A stretch of 64,000 bases of DNA from Felis catus (Eukaryota). Location: contig NC_058382.1 of the NCBI RefSeq assembly GCF_018350175.1, forward strand, positions 57,166,001 to 57,230,000, in the 5' to 3' direction. Shown piece after piece: positions 40,325-53,283 of this stretch. Below the pieces are notes generated by a model. That model made no database searches and was not told the DNA's origin. It worked only from the letters and a program-made list of their open reading frames with translations. Numbering within the stretch: the stretch's first letter is position 1; every line of letters begins with the position of its first letter. The position numbers and the translations under genes are program-made.

Positions 40325-42937
40325 CTGTGAACAAAAACTAACGTGAAATAAAGTGCTTCCTTCTGCCCTCACAGCTCAGCTGGGAAAACTTTATATAAAC
40401 CTAAGATCAAGGTGTTTAAAAAGTAAGAAAACACGTGAATTCCTCGGCCATGAGTCCCGGTGCAGGCAGCAAAGCATTTCCTCACCCCGGAGGACGGCAG
40501 ACACCCACCTGTCCGCGGAGACGCCCTGCTGGGACGTCCCCGCCGCCCCCGGACCTTGTGTCCTAAGGAACATTTCGCAAAGTGGAAATAAACCAGCTCT
40601 GCGAGCCGGGAAACACGGCACTCTGCAGACACGCCGGGAGCTCAGGACACAGCCCGGGAGCAGGCGGGTCCGGGAGGGTGAGGGGACTGGCCATCCTGCC
40701 TCCGTGGTGTCCGCCTGGCCTTCCTGAGGCCCCCAACTGTCCCTTCCCCACAATCCACCTTCCTCCGCGCCATCTGTGCGGGCCCGGCCCCTCTAGTCCA
40801 CGTTCCTGGAGACTCAGGCTGCCCGCCTGCGCCCAGGCACGCGGCACCCGTGTGGCCGTGGCGGAGGTGGCGGGAGGAAGTGGCCTGCGGCATGTGGAGC
40901 TGCCCCTTCTGACCTGGGAGCGGGGCAGGTGCTTCAAGAACGAGCAGAGCAGAGCCACCTCTGCGACACCTTTCCCCTCCTTGCGCCCTGGACACGGTCC
41001 CAGACCATTTTGTTTTTGACGACCCCCTTGCAGGCTGAATTCCTCCAGGGCTGAGAGCAAACCTTATTCCTCTCTGTTCTTCCAGCACCTTCCACAGCCG
41101 TGGCCCACAGCAGGAGCTCAGCAGCCGGCTGCTACATTAAGCCGCACTACCCGGTCTCCAGCTCACCTCTCAGCCTCCACGCTTTCTTGTGCCCCCGCGC
41201 GGGAGGGGACCACCACGCAAACTTCCCCGACCCTCTGCAGAGACACTCCGTGTGCAAAACCCACCAAGGACCTCCTGCTCAGGGGCAGCAGGAAGACGCA
41301 GCAACTCCAGAGGCGAAGTGGCAGCAGCAGCTTCCAGGGCCTCGGACCCGGCACGGTCTGGCTTCCCGGCTCTACCATCAGACCCCCTCCGCCGTCCTAT
41401 CACGCGGCTACCGTGACGGAATTTCACATCACAGCTCCACCACAGGCAAAGACCTTAAATGTGCGCTGTCTTTGCTACATTTTTTTTTTTAATCACAGAG
41501 AATCAGAGGGCTGACACGTTCTAGGCCTGGTCTACAGCCTTGAGGGACAGAAGTGCAATGTCATCGTTCTCCAGATCCGGCTCAACATGGAGAGAGCTAA
41601 CTCACACCCACCAAACTCACAGAAGACCGACAAATTCAAATACCAATTTATTTGTGAATAATAAACAATACCTCCCAAAAGTCTCAACACGCATAGTCAC
41701 TGGTCTGTAGGCAAGTCTACCAGGAAAACCAAACTACTCAAACAGCAATGATCACCTAAGTGTCAAACACTGACGACCCTTCACAGTTAAGCCCCTGCCG
41801 TCCCTGCGTACAAGGGATTCACCGAAACATAAAACAGAGCGATCCGGTGCAATGTGGCCAGGGCCCTGTCGAAGAGGGTTCTACGGTGTGGCCCTCCTCG
41901 GTGGAGAGAAGGAGGCAAGGGCACAGCACTGCAAGAGGTCCAGCCTGCCAGGAAATGGTGACAAGTTCTCCAGGCCTACAGCACAGGATGTCCACCAAGG
42001 GGTGGAAAGGGGGCTGGGGAGGGAAGGCTGGATTGTGAAAGGCCCTTGTGCCAAACAGAAGCGTGTGGACTTACTAAGCTCCTTATGGCAAAGGGGGGAC
42101 TGATCGGGTTTGTTGTGAAAGGCGGCTGGCAGCAGAGGGAGGCGGCCGTGGTGATGCAGGCAGGAGGTGTGGGGCCCTGAGCCCTGGTCCTTCCAGATGG
42201 GGACAGGCAAGGCTGAATTGAGAGCTCACGGCTTTATGACCGACTCCCGCTGCTTCTCAGACACATCACATGTCTCTACACATTCGCTCACACCCAGATG
42301 GACAATAAATGGAAAATAACAGATCAGACGTTCCTGACACCCTCTTCTCAACCTCCTCCCCCACCCTTCGGTAAGTAGTACATGAGGGAAAATAATGTCT
42401 TTCTAATGAAGGAAGAAAGCAAGACTTCCCCCAAAGCCATTAGCTTCCAGGAAACCTCATGGAAACCCAGGTTTAAAGGAGCTTATTACACATTTAAGTC
42501 TAGAAGCCTACCAAGATATGCATGATACTGAGCTGCATTTAACTTGCTTTGAGGGTTAATTTTCCCGCAGGTAGGTATTAGCCTGAAACTTGGAAAAACC
42601 CATTTGGAAAGCAACACTATAACGGTCAAATGATCAGCTTTACACAGTCTGCTTGTAAAAAAATGTTACGAAGCTTTGTTTTCTGGCCTCTACAGAAAAC
42701 TAAATCATCAGGGAACAAAATGGGAGAAAAACAGGTGAGGAAAAGTCGGAACTGTCCCCCAAACGGGAAGGGAGCACTTCCCTATCACCTGTTAGGCATT
42801 TTCTACTTCTGCAAGGCAACGGTTCCAGGACTAATTCATCAAACACATAAAAAGTCTCTTAGGTAATCCATGAACTTTGGGCGATTATGATGTTCAGTGT
42901 AGGTTCAGCCTTGATTAAAAAAAAAAAAAAGGGGGTG

Positions 42938-43386
42938 CTGGCACCTGGGAAGCTCAGTCAGTTAAGCGTCCGAGTCTCAATTTCAGCTCGGGGCATGATC
43001 TCACGATTCATGAGTTCCAGCCCCGCATCAGGCTCTGCGCTGACAGTGCGGTTCCTGCTTGGGATTCTCTCTCCCTCTCTCTCCGCCCTTCTCCTGTTTG
43101 TGCTCTGTCTCTCTCAAAAATAAATAAATAAACATTAAAAAAAAAAAAAAAGGTACCATTCTGGTGAGTGATGTTAACAATGGGGCAGTCTCAAGGGGAG
43201 CCTGGGGGGCTCAGTCGGTTAAGCATCCGACTTTGGCTCAGGTCATGATCTTGTGGTTCATGAGTTCGAGCCCCCGCATCGGGCTCTGTGCTGACAGCTC
43301 AGAGCCTGGAGCCTGCTTCGGATCCTGTGTCTCCGTCCCTCCCCTCTCTGCCCCTCATGCTCTGTCTCTCTCTCTCTCAAAAGTAA

Positions 43387-43430
<44 letters not shown>

Positions 43431-43775
43431 CAAAAAACAATGGGGCAGTCTCTGTGTGGGTGGGAGCAGGGAGTATATGGCAAAAACTGTACCTTTCTCT
43501 CACATTTACTCTAAACCTAAAACTGCTCCCCAAAAAAGTCCTAAAACAAACCTTGTTAAAAAAAAAAAAAAAAACCTCTAAAGGGAATATTGCAAACATA
43601 AAAGTATCATGGGAAAATTATGGTCAAAACTGCAAAGAGTAGGGTGGCTGGGTGGTTCACTCGGTTAAGCATCTAACTCTTGATCTCAGCTCAGGTTTCG
43701 AATTTAGGGTTGTGAGTTTAAGCACCACATTGGGCTCCACTCTGGGCATGGAGCCTGCTTTAAAAAGAAAAAAAA
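42938..43775 (+). mobile_element. Cluster of three CAN-SINEs (about 42938-43150; 43195-43435 with (AC)n tail and TSD aacaatggggcagtctc; 43640-43775) in an old L1 fragment
   Basis: Three SINE heads with A- and B-boxes; (AC)n at about 43389-43428. Confidence 0.85.
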
Positions 43776-44064
43776 CCTACACGGAGCAAAGTCACCTCTT
43801 CAAAGCACTGCTGTGGCCAGTAACATCCTCCTGACCCAGAGTTTAGCTGCTGCGACTTAGCAGCGAAGAGGGCAGGCAAACCTCCCACAAAAACCTCCGG
43901 GAAGGAAGAGTTCGGAGAGAGAAGTCTTGGCTGCAACACCGCCACCACCACGTCACCTAAACGAATGAGGCCCGGGGGAACATCAGGCGGGCTGGCCACG
44001 TTTCCCAGGACAATGAAGCAAGCATGACGGGGAAAGACGGCTAACTCGCCACCAAACAAAGGCA

Positions 44065-44560
44065 GCGTGGCGGGCTGAATAACGACCCTCGGAGACGGAG
44101 ACGTCCACATCCTGATCCTCAAGCCTCATGAATACATCACCTTACGTGGCAAAGAGGACTTGGAGGATGGAATGAAGTTAAGGACCTCGAGGCGAGATGA
44201 TCCCGGATGATCCGGGCGGGCCCACTGTGCTCACGCGTGTCCTTACAGGAGGGAGGCAGGAGGTCAGAGTCGGAGGAGACGCGATCGAGAAGCGGAGGTC
44301 AAGGAGACAGCGAGCGGGATTTAAAGACACTAGGCCGCTGGCTTTGACGACGGGGAGAGGGGTTACCTCGAGAAGGCAGCACCTCAAGCACCTGCCAAAG
44401 GCAGGAAACAGATTCTCCCCAGAGCCTCCAGGAGTGACAGAGCCCTGCTGACACCCTCACGTCAGCCCAGTGAGACGGCTCTGACCTCAGAAGCATGAAT
44501 GAATCTGCACTGCTTCAAACCACTATGTTTGCGGTAATCTGTTACAGCAGCAGTAGGAAA
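44065..44560 (+). mobile_element. MLT1 (ERVL-MaLR) solo LTR
   Basis: gggctgaataa...ccttacgtggcaaagaggactt...aggaaacagattctccccagagcctccag...ggtaatctgttacagcagcagtaggaaa. Confidence 0.85.
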
Positions 44561-45349
44561 TTAAGATGGATGGATAGACGGAAGGAAGGATAGACAGACC
44601 ATCAAGTCTAGTTTCTAGGACAGTAAAGAGACAAGTTGCAAATCCTGCACATCCCTTAAAGCACAACCTTCTAGTGTATGCAGGATCAGGAAAAGAGCCT
44701 CCGAGATTCCTACGATCTTCCCCTGAGAGGGGTAGACCCGGGGCCGTCCCCCCCGTCCTCGTCAACAGCCGACACTGCCCAGCTTTTCTGTAAAGCTCCA
44801 GGGCTGTGGACTTTATTTGCATTAACAGCATTTCATAGGAATGTTACTTCTCTCATAAAGTCTGCATCTGTCTTGCTCTCTGCACTCAAATCCGGTCCGT
44901 CCTCCCAAGACCAGCTCAAGTCCCCGGTTCAATGCCAGCACTCACGGACAACACCGAGGACACGCCAGGCCTGGGATGAAGAGGAGCCCCGTGCCACTTC
45001 CTTTCCCTTCCCAGGCCACTGTACCAAGCCACCCCCCCCACCCCCCGCCCCGGCCCCGAGTTCCCGTCTTGCCCACGTAGCCCTTACCACACCACTGTGC
45101 GTTAACCGTTTCCTTCATCCCTTGGTTCCCCAACTAGAGCACAGACCTCCGGAGGGCAGATGTGTCTGAAAAACTAATCTTTCTATAGCTTGAAAAACTG
45201 AAAAATACACACGTTTTAAAACCCATTATGCATAGTTCAGAGAATAACAAGACAGCCACGCGGTCACCCTCCTTCACAAATAAAACCAGTCTTAGAAGCC
45301 CCCCCCCCCCCCTTCTTCCCTGATCATATCCCCTTCGGCCACCCTGGGG

Positions 45350-46370
45350 GAAAACACTCTCCTGAATTCTGACATCACCATTCCCTTGCCCTTTTAAAAA
45401 AAAAAATAAAATAAAATAGTTGTACTTTTACCCCAGCGGGGATTCTGAAAGAAAGTGTTCAGTTTTGTCTGGTTTTGAACTTTATGTGAAGGAATCACAG
45501 CGTGTATATTCTTTGGTGACTTTCTGCTTTCACTCAACGTTGTTCTCGAGACTCACACGTACCCCGGGAGCTGTAGGCCAGACTTTCCGCTGCTGCACAC
45601 TACACACAAACACACAGCACACACACGCCACGGCCCGTACACCCATTCTACCGCTGATGTGCATTTGGGTTGGGCTTTTGGCTTGACAATTAGGAAGAGA
45701 GCTGCCGGGAGCATTCTCGTGCGCATCCCCCGAGCACGCGCCCAAGAGTCCCTCGAAGGGGTGTGCCCGAGTCAGGCTGCTGGGGCCACAGGGCACCCGC
45801 GCACATGTTCAACCAGGCACTGCCCAAGCGGCTTGGTCTACCTGACCAATCCCCACGCCCGTCAGGGAGCGCCCCTCCCCAAAGGCTGGCACCGTCGGCT
45901 CCCGCCCACAGGGCGGCTATGAAACGGGAGCTATGGTTTTAATTTACGTTTCCTGATTGCTAATAAGGTTGACTGCATCCTTTGAAGCTTCTGTGCTGTT
46001 TGGGGCTCTTCATCTGTGAAGCGCCTGTTCCTGGCTTTTGCCCTTACTTCTACCGTGTTGTCTTCCTTTTCACTCTATATTCTAGACACCGCTTCTCCGT
46101 ATGTTTTGTCTCTTTACGGTGCTTTTGACCAACTGAATGTCTTGATTTCAACGTAGTCAAATTTATCAATCTTCCTCCTGTATGGTTTGTGCTGTGTTAT
46201 CCTCCAGTTCAGAAACCCCTCTCGGCCCCAAGACATAAACAAATTTCCCTGTATTATTTTCACAAACGTTCCATGCCACTCTGCTTTTCGGATTTACGTC
46301 TTTAATTCTCCTGCAGCTCGGTGATGGTGTGAGGCTGGGATCACACCCATCTTTAAAATTCCTCCGCAGC
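45350..46370 (-). mobile_element. Old L1ME-like fragments
   Basis: ctttcactcaac, ggttttaatttacgtttcctgattgctaataaggttga, tagtcaaatttatcaatctt; highly degenerate. Confidence 0.55.
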
Positions 46371-46689
46371 ACCTAGCATGATGCTGCATATACAATATCT
46401 CTGTAACAAATAGATCAAATACTGCTTTGTGTTCACAGCTCGGATTTCACTCTTGAGGAGAAAAAAAAAAAAAAAACGTAAGAAGCTTCTCAACCTCTGG
46501 GTCAGCACTTTGACCAAGTTATTATTGGCGTAGCATGACTTTTTGGAATTTCCTTACTTCCTTTGCCAGTTTGGAGGCTACGGCTAACCTGAATTCACGG
46601 GAAGCTCGGGGGAAAGAGCAGAACATGGGAGTCCTCGTCCAAGATCCAACAGTCCTGGGTTTTGGGTCTCCATTTGTGCAACAGGAATT

Positions 46690-47230
46690 AAAACAACAGG
46701 GGCACCCACTCCTAGGCATACACCCCAGACAACTTACACTCACACAGAAGCTTGTACAGCCATATTCCCAGCAGCGCTATTCACAATAGCTACCACGTGG
46801 AAACAACCATCAACAGATGAATGGATCAACAAAATGTGGCCGATCCACATGGTGGGGTATTCGCAATAAAAAGAACGAAGTACGATGCGCCCTGCTACTC
46901 AAACCCTGAAAACACTCTGCTCGGTACAAGAAGCCAGACACAAAAGGCTACAAATCATACGAATCAATCCACAGGAACTGTCCAGATAAGGCAAATCAGA
47001 GACAGAAAGTAGATGGTCAGGGCTGCCAGGGCACAGGGGCAGTGGGAATGGGGAGTGACTGCTAACGGGGTAGGATTTTTTTTTTTTTCTGGGATGATGG
47101 GAATGTTCTGGAATTAAAAAGTGGTGATGGCTGAAGAGAGTGAATATGCCGCTACGAAGAACATTTTGAAATGGCTAAAACCTTAAATGGTGAATTTTCT
47201 GTAATATGAATTTTATGTCAATTTTTAACA
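46690..47230 (+). mobile_element. L1MB-like 3' fragment
   Basis: ccactcctaggcatacaccc...cagatgaatggatcaacaaaatgtgg...aagaagccagacacaaaaggc...agagacagaaagtagat...aatgttctggaatt. Confidence 0.75.
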
Positions 47231-47309
47231 TGCACTAAAAAAATGCCGATTTGTTGAACACCACGCTACTGGAATATTCCTGTAGTGACTAAAACCACAG
47301 ACACTGAAA

Positions 47310-47770
47310 ATAGACTTCCTGGAGTCGGATCCTAAGAGCTGTGTCTTGGGTGAAGGTGAAATTACTTCACCTCTGGGCTTTCCTTACATCACCTGTAAAC
47401 ACCGACATAATAGTTCCTGCCTGAGATCACAAGAATTAAAGGACCTCATACTTACAAAGCACTTAGAACAGCGCCTGAACTTAAGTGCTCACTAAATGTT
47501 AGCTATTAGCAGCTATAAGTCGATGTGCAACGTTAGCTACGGGCTATCTGTAGTGGCCGGGGAATTAGAACCAAGAGCTGGCTCAAAGCAGAAGTGTCCC
47601 CTAAGGACTTTAGCCCTGACACCTCACTGTTTTCTCACCAACGTTAGGAGGCAGAGTTATCATCCCCTCCCCCCCCAGTTTACAGATGGGGAAACTGAGG
47701 CTGAGAGAGGTTAAAGTGACATACCCAGGACCTCACGGGAATTCGAATCAAGGTCTAACAAAATCCAGAG
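47310..47770. mobile_element. MIR fragments (opposite orientations)
   Basis: aaagcacttagaacagcgcctg...taagtgctcactaaatgttagctatt and tttacagatggggaaactgaggctgagagaggttaa core motifs. Confidence 0.75.
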
Positions 47771-48467
47771 CCGTGGCTGGCCGCCCCACTGGGAGACACC
47801 CCCCCCCCAGGCGGGAATCTGGCTGGCATCACCGCGGGGGCTGCAGGTCTTGGGGTGGCTGGGCTGCACGCTCCTCTGAACCAGGGACCAGGACCCTTCC
47901 GCTCCGGCACCTGGCGGCGCCCAGCACACCCGAGCAAACCACCGCGCTTGGGGGAGCGGCGGTGGCCTTTCTTCAGGCGCTCCCTTAATCTCAATTACTC
48001 CTAATTCAGAACAAAGACGACAACAAATCCCACTCCAAGTCCTTCAGACATGAGAATAAAGGAGCGCGCACAAAGGGGTGACTCTCGGAGCCTCGCGGGG
48101 AGCCCCGGGCTAGGGTCTGGGGCCAGAGGGGCCGAGCTGGGGTGGGTGGGGCGCGAGACCTTCGGGGTCCCTGGGGAGGGGGCGGGCCCAGAACGGGGGT
48201 CCCCCGGGGTGCAACGCCGGGATGGGAGTTGGGAAGGGGCGCCGCGGGGCTGAAGGAATGAGTCTGGAAGGAAGGGTGCCGAGGCGGGGGTCGCAGGGAA
48301 CGAAGAGACGAAGGGGTCCGAGGGTCCGGGATGCTGATGGCGCCGAGGGGCACCGGTCCCGGGGGGCGTGGCGGGGCTCACAGGGAGGGACGGGCCGAGG
48401 GGGACGAAGCGGGCTCGGGGCCCGGGGCCGGGCGCGGGGGGCGGAGCGGGGGGAGGGGACGCGGTAC

Positions 48468-48570
48468 CTGCAGAGGCGGCGCAGTCTCCGAGTCGGTCCC
48501 GCCAGAGCCGCGAGGCCGCCGCCCCCGTCACCACCGCCACCGCCGCCCCGCTCAACGCCGCCGCAGCTGC
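48468..48570 (-). other. HSDL1: HSDL1 non-coding exon 1 (TSS approximate)
   Basis: In the CpG island, GGC-rich leader ending CTGCAG|gtaccg at 48467-48466. Confidence 0.65.
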
Positions 48571-48822
48571 CGCGGGCCGCGCCCCACGTGACACGCGCCC
48601 GCGCCGGGGGCGGAGCCGTTGCGGGGCCCGCCCCCGGCGTCCCTACGTGCCGGCCCACCTTACTGCGCGTGCGCGGCGGTTGCCGTGGAAACCAGGCAAG
48701 CGTCGGGCAGCCAACGATTCGGGCGCGAGTGGTCGGCTGAGGAGGAAAGCGGGGCCTCCCTGTTGGGGCCGGGCGCAGTAGCGACCCCACGGAACGGGGC
48801 TTTCGGGGCTTCCGGAATAAGC

Positions 48823-48946
48823 ATGCACCCCGAGACCTCGGAGCCCGTGGTGGACGGGCCGGCGGAGCAGGGCTGCGCGCAGGAGCCGGGCGTGGAGGAG
48901 TCGGCGGGCGACCACGGGGACGCAGACCTGGGGGGCCGCAAGGAAG
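48823..48946 (+). CDS. DNAAF1: DNAAF1 (LRRC50) exon 1 coding part (124 bp)
   Basis: [41 protein letters not shown]; donor AAG|gtgccg at 48947-48948. Confidence 0.9.
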
Positions 48947-50544
48947 GTGCCGACTGCCGCCCCAGGGAGCCGAGGGGGGACGAGGGGCTGCCCCCAGCAC
49001 CACACCTGACCTTCCCAGCCAGCGGGAACAACAGTAATAATAACAGGAGCGGCACACGCTTTTTAAAGGATGCGTGCCCAGCGTTCACCTCCTTTGAGCC
49101 TTACACCCTGCCCTCTGCGGTAGGCCCTCCTCCCCCAGTTCACAGAGATGAGGAAACGGACTTAAAGAGGTTTTGAAACTGGCTCCAAATGGATCACCCT
49201 CATTCGGTCAATGACAGAACAGACTCATGCTGCATAGTCCGACTCCGGAGCGCTAGCCCTTGCCCAACACCCCCTTCCCCCATCGGCCACCTGTTCCATG
49301 TTTTCAACGTATCTCTTTGTTGCTACCGCCGTGTAAGACCGAAGGCTCTCCCCTTCTAGACCGCAGGCTGTGTTGGGGCAGGATTTCCTGATCGAATTCA
49401 ATGTCCAGCCCAGTGCCTGGTCCGTGGTCGAGAGTGAGTGAGGAGCTGGTGATGCTCTGGGGTCAGTGGGTGACTGCCTCCACAGAGTTTCCCAGAATGG
49501 GTTTAGAAGACAGCCTTCACCCTCTGCTCCCATTTCGCCGCTCCATTTCCTAAGGGAAATCTTTTAACGACGAGACAAACTACTTGATTTGTATTTCATT
49601 TTTTGGACGCAGTCAACAAACGTGTCTTGAGCACTGACCTGTCCAGGCAAGCCCTGTAGGAAAGAGCTGTAGGGAAGCCTTGTAGCCGTCTGGAAAGAGA
49701 TAGGCTTTGGAGCTGCTCACGCTGGGTATGGGTTGCGGCTCTGCAACTAACTAGCTTTATGGCTGCCAGCCCAGGGTTTAAACCTCTCTTTGGGGGCGGT
49801 CTCCTCATCTGTAAGCAGGGATAATCATAATTAGGTTGCTGGGTTACTGGGGGCCATTAATCAACGCTAGCTCTTGTCATTCGTGCAACCAATCAATCAT
49901 TATGTATATGGAGCACCTCTTCTTTATTCCACAAACACTTCTCTGGTGCCTCTCTTGGCTGGGCATTGTGTGCAGTGGGAAATAGAAGAGTGTAAGACAC
50001 AGCCGTTCAGTGTGGTTCGAGAGACCACAGGAACACAGAGTGCAGTCGCCAGTGGCTCTTAAAGGTTAAGTGCATTTGAACTGGCCAATTTTGATTGACC
50101 GCTAAAAAAAACAAAAATTAAGTGCCTTTAAATGTGCTCATTCTCTTCTTACCAACGATATTTTCACCGTTTTTGTTTCTTTTCCTGTGGTTTTTCTTTC
50201 GAGAACTTTTACAAAAGAAGAGAGAACATCGTAACAAGCGCCCAGGCACCGTCACTAAGAATTGAAAATGATCAATACTTTATCATTTCGGCTTCAAGCC
50301 TTTTTTTGACTTAAAGAAGGCATTTCAGATAAAGTTGACGTTCCTTTTGGCCTCCTGCCCTCAGTTCATTCTCTGCTCCCCTTCTCCAGAATTTTGTATG
50401 AATTCAATCACCTCTGTCTCTGTAATATATCCTTAAACAGTGCAGAGCATTGGTTTGTATGTTTTAAACTTGTATGAATGTTATCCTGGGCTTATTACGA
50501 AACTTGCTTTTTCATTTCATACGCGTTTCTGAGAATTATCCGTA

Positions 50545-50725
50545 TTTTTTTTAATGTGTGTCTATTTTTGAGAGAGAGAGAGAGAGGGAGACACAGAATC
50601 CGAAGCAGGCTCCAGGTTCTGAGCTGTCAGCACAGACCCCCACCCAGGGCTCGAACCCACAAACCGTAAGATCATGACCTGAGCCGAAGTCGGATACGTA
50701 ACCGACTGAGTCACCCAGGCGCCCC
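50545..50725 (-). mobile_element. CAN-SINE
   Basis: Reverse SINE ending gagtcacccaggcgcccc. Confidence 0.88.
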
Positions 50726-51079
50726 AAGAATTGTCCATATTGATTGATGTAGCTCCAGTGACTTCATTTCCAAGGCAGACTAGTGATCCATTGTTTTATA
50801 TAACCAGTCGCTATGGATGGATGTTTGCACTATTGACTCTTTGTTAAAAGTAACGCAGAAATGAATATCTTTGCACACGTGTCCTTGCACACCTGTACAA
50901 GAGCTTTCATAGAGGACGTGCCCGGAGGCAGACTTCCCGTGGTCCTTACCGATGCTTTACACACTGTCACCCACGTTCCATACTAAACACAGATACTAAT
51001 CAAGCTGAAATTGGGCAAATTTTTTTTCTACCCTCCTTGACCTCTATGGAACCAGTCTCTCTTTTTTTTTTTTTAATAG

Positions 51080-51215
51080 CAATTGATGATCCTAAGGAAA
51101 CACGTGTGGGTCCTTCCGACCTACGCTACCCAAGCGAGCAGAAACAGAGTGGCGATAGCGGGGCAGATGGTCACTTAGGACACCAGACAGATGACAAGGG
51201 AGACCACGGCCCCAG
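51080..51215 (+). CDS. DNAAF1: DNAAF1 exon 2 (136 bp)
   Basis: Poly-T tract then aatag|; (A)IDDPKETRVGPSDLRYPSEQKQSGDSGADGHLGHQTDDKGDHGP(R); CAG|gtatgt donor. Confidence 0.92.
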
Positions 51216-51709
51216 GTATGTGGGCATGCTGCTGCCAGTGCCAGCGCACATTTACTGAGGAAGGAAGATCGTGTGACCGCCCCTTTGTATCCATAGGGAA
51301 ACTGAGGCTCGGGGAGGTTAAAGAGCTGGCCCCGGTGTCTGAGAATTGGTAGGGGAGTCAGGACGGCACTGCCTCTGTGGCACAACTAGCCACAATGTAT
51401 TAAACTTTAATGCCAGACCTGGAGAGAGAGATACTGGCCGTTATTGATGACGCCGTCGAAAGTATTTTTATTAGAACCTACACGGCAATTTTCAAGATTG
51501 CTGAAAGTGATGATACGGGACGAGGCCCTGAAAAAGGCATACTGAAAAAGAACTTAAAAGAGTTACCAGGCAAAAAAAAAAAAATTAGTTATCAGGCATG
51601 TAGGATATTTTGGAATTTGGGGAAGAAGTTCTGGACTGTATTGCAAATTGAAATTTCAAATTGCTGACAAATTGCAACGAATTTCCTTTTCATGTTTCTC
51701 ATGGAACAG

Positions 51710-51801
51710 AATGACTAAACGTTTTATACAGAAACTCTGCAAGCAACACCAACTTTACATTACCCCAGCATTGAACGACACGCTGTATTTACACTTTAAA
51801 G
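51710..51801 (+). CDS. DNAAF1: DNAAF1 exon 3 (92 bp)
   Basis: aacag| then [30 protein letters not shown](G); AAG|gtaagg donor. Confidence 0.95.
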
Positions 51802-51811
51802 GTAAGGACCT

Positions 51812-52021
51812 GGGGGCGCCTGGGGGGCTCCGTCGGTTAAGTGCCTGACTTGGGCTCAGGTCATGATCTCACGGTTCATGGTTTTGAGCCCCTCACCGGG
51901 CTCTGGGCTCACAGCTCAGGGCCTGGACCCTGCTTTGGATTGTGTGTCCCCCTCTCTCTCTGCCCCTCCCCTGCTTGCTCTCTGTCTCTCTCTCAAAAAT
52001 AAACATTAAAAAAAAAGTTTT
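51812..52021 (+). mobile_element. CAN-SINE whose TSD duplicates the DNAAF1 exon-3 donor
   Basis: TSD aaggtaaggacctgg at 51799-51813 and 52022-52036. Confidence 0.93.
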
Positions 52022-53052
52022 AAGGTAAGGACCTGGCCAAGAAGTGTCACATCAGGCCGAAGTTATCAAAAGTGTCTTGCTGGGATCCTCTGGAGTTCTC
52101 AAAGTATATCAAGGTAGAAATTTCAGAGTTGAGTGGAGATTTACGGAAAAGCAGTATTTCTCCGAAAAGTCTTCCCTGACTGGAGTTTATAAAGGGGGCC
52201 ACTGACCGTACCGATACAAGGGAAGCGTGTTGCGATCTTTGATTTATATTTTCTAAAGGACTTTACGTTTTTCAGACCAGCAGTCTGGTGGTGAACACTG
52301 GGCTTGGACGGGATATGTGTTGAAAGATGAGGGTTCTTGGCGGCCCCAGGCCCGAGCAGTAGGAACAGGGCGTCCCAGAGGGCTCAGGTTGGGTGCGCCG
52401 AATCACACGTAAACCTCAGCTGGTATCCGTGGACAGGGCGATTCCCAGCGGTGATGACGAGGAGGGTCATCTTCCACTTCCTCTGAACTCGGGGTGGCCA
52501 ACCTGCTTCGTCGGTTTTCCGTGTGTTCCTTATTCAAGTCAGTAAACCTGGACTTAGAGTCTCTGTGCTCAGTGCTGGAGACACAGAGACACATATGGCC
52601 GAGGTGCCTTTGGTGTCCTGCGGGACGGGGTGGCCCCCGGGAGGTGCGCTGTGCCAGGAAGGCCCCCAAGGGCTCTTAAAGAAACACAGGGGCTCCTAGC
52701 TGGTCTCCTCACCTCCACGTTGCCCCCTCCAAAATTCTGCACCCAAGGTAGGAATCGCAGGGTATGGGATGATGTCGCAGGGCGGATCCCAAGGGGACCG
52801 ATCTTTAAGAGGTTGGAAGAAGAGGACCCAACAGGTTGGACTTAGTGGGGAGAGTCAGAAGGTACAAGAGCTGGGAGGGAGGAGTCCCTGGACTCTCTGC
52901 TGCTGCCATGGACCAAATTGTCCCCAAACCTAGCGATGAAAACAAATTCAATGTCTGGTACCGTTTCTGAGGGCCGGGAATCTAGGAACAGCTTTGCTGG
53001 GTCGTTCTGGCTAATCAGCGATACTGCAATTTTTTAATCAAAACTTCCCCAG

Positions 53053-53283
53053 GGGGGCGCCTGGGTGGCTCAGTCGGTTAAGCGTCTGACTTCAGCTCAG
53101 GTCACGATCTCACGGTCCGTGAGTTCGAGCCCCGCGTCGGGCTCTGGGCTGATGATGGCCTAGAGCCTGGAGCCTGCTTCCGATTCTGTGTCTCCCTCTC
53201 TCTCTGACCCTCCCCCGTTCATGCTCTGTCTCTGTCTCAAAAATAAATAAACGTTAAAAAAAAAAATTAAAAAAAAAAGAAAA
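53053..53283 (+). mobile_element. CAN-SINE
   Basis: Full head, CT tract and poly-A tail. Confidence 0.92.

Larger units (their letters stand above)
47780..49100. promoter_or_regulatory. CpG island / bidirectional HSDL1-DNAAF1 promoter
   Basis: GC/CpG-rich; CACGTGAC 48585-48592, GC box about 48607-48616, NRF1-like TGCGCGTGCGC 48664-48674, RFX X-box GTTGCCGTGGAAAC 48679-48692. Confidence 0.9.

Noticed and set aside
48001..49176. 315-aa and 197-aa minus-strand ORFs, and an apparent 68-aa N-terminal extension of DNAAF1 from 48619
   Set aside because: CpG-island artefacts. The extension starts at TTG among promoter motifs; the ATG at 48823 matches the recalled orthologue start.
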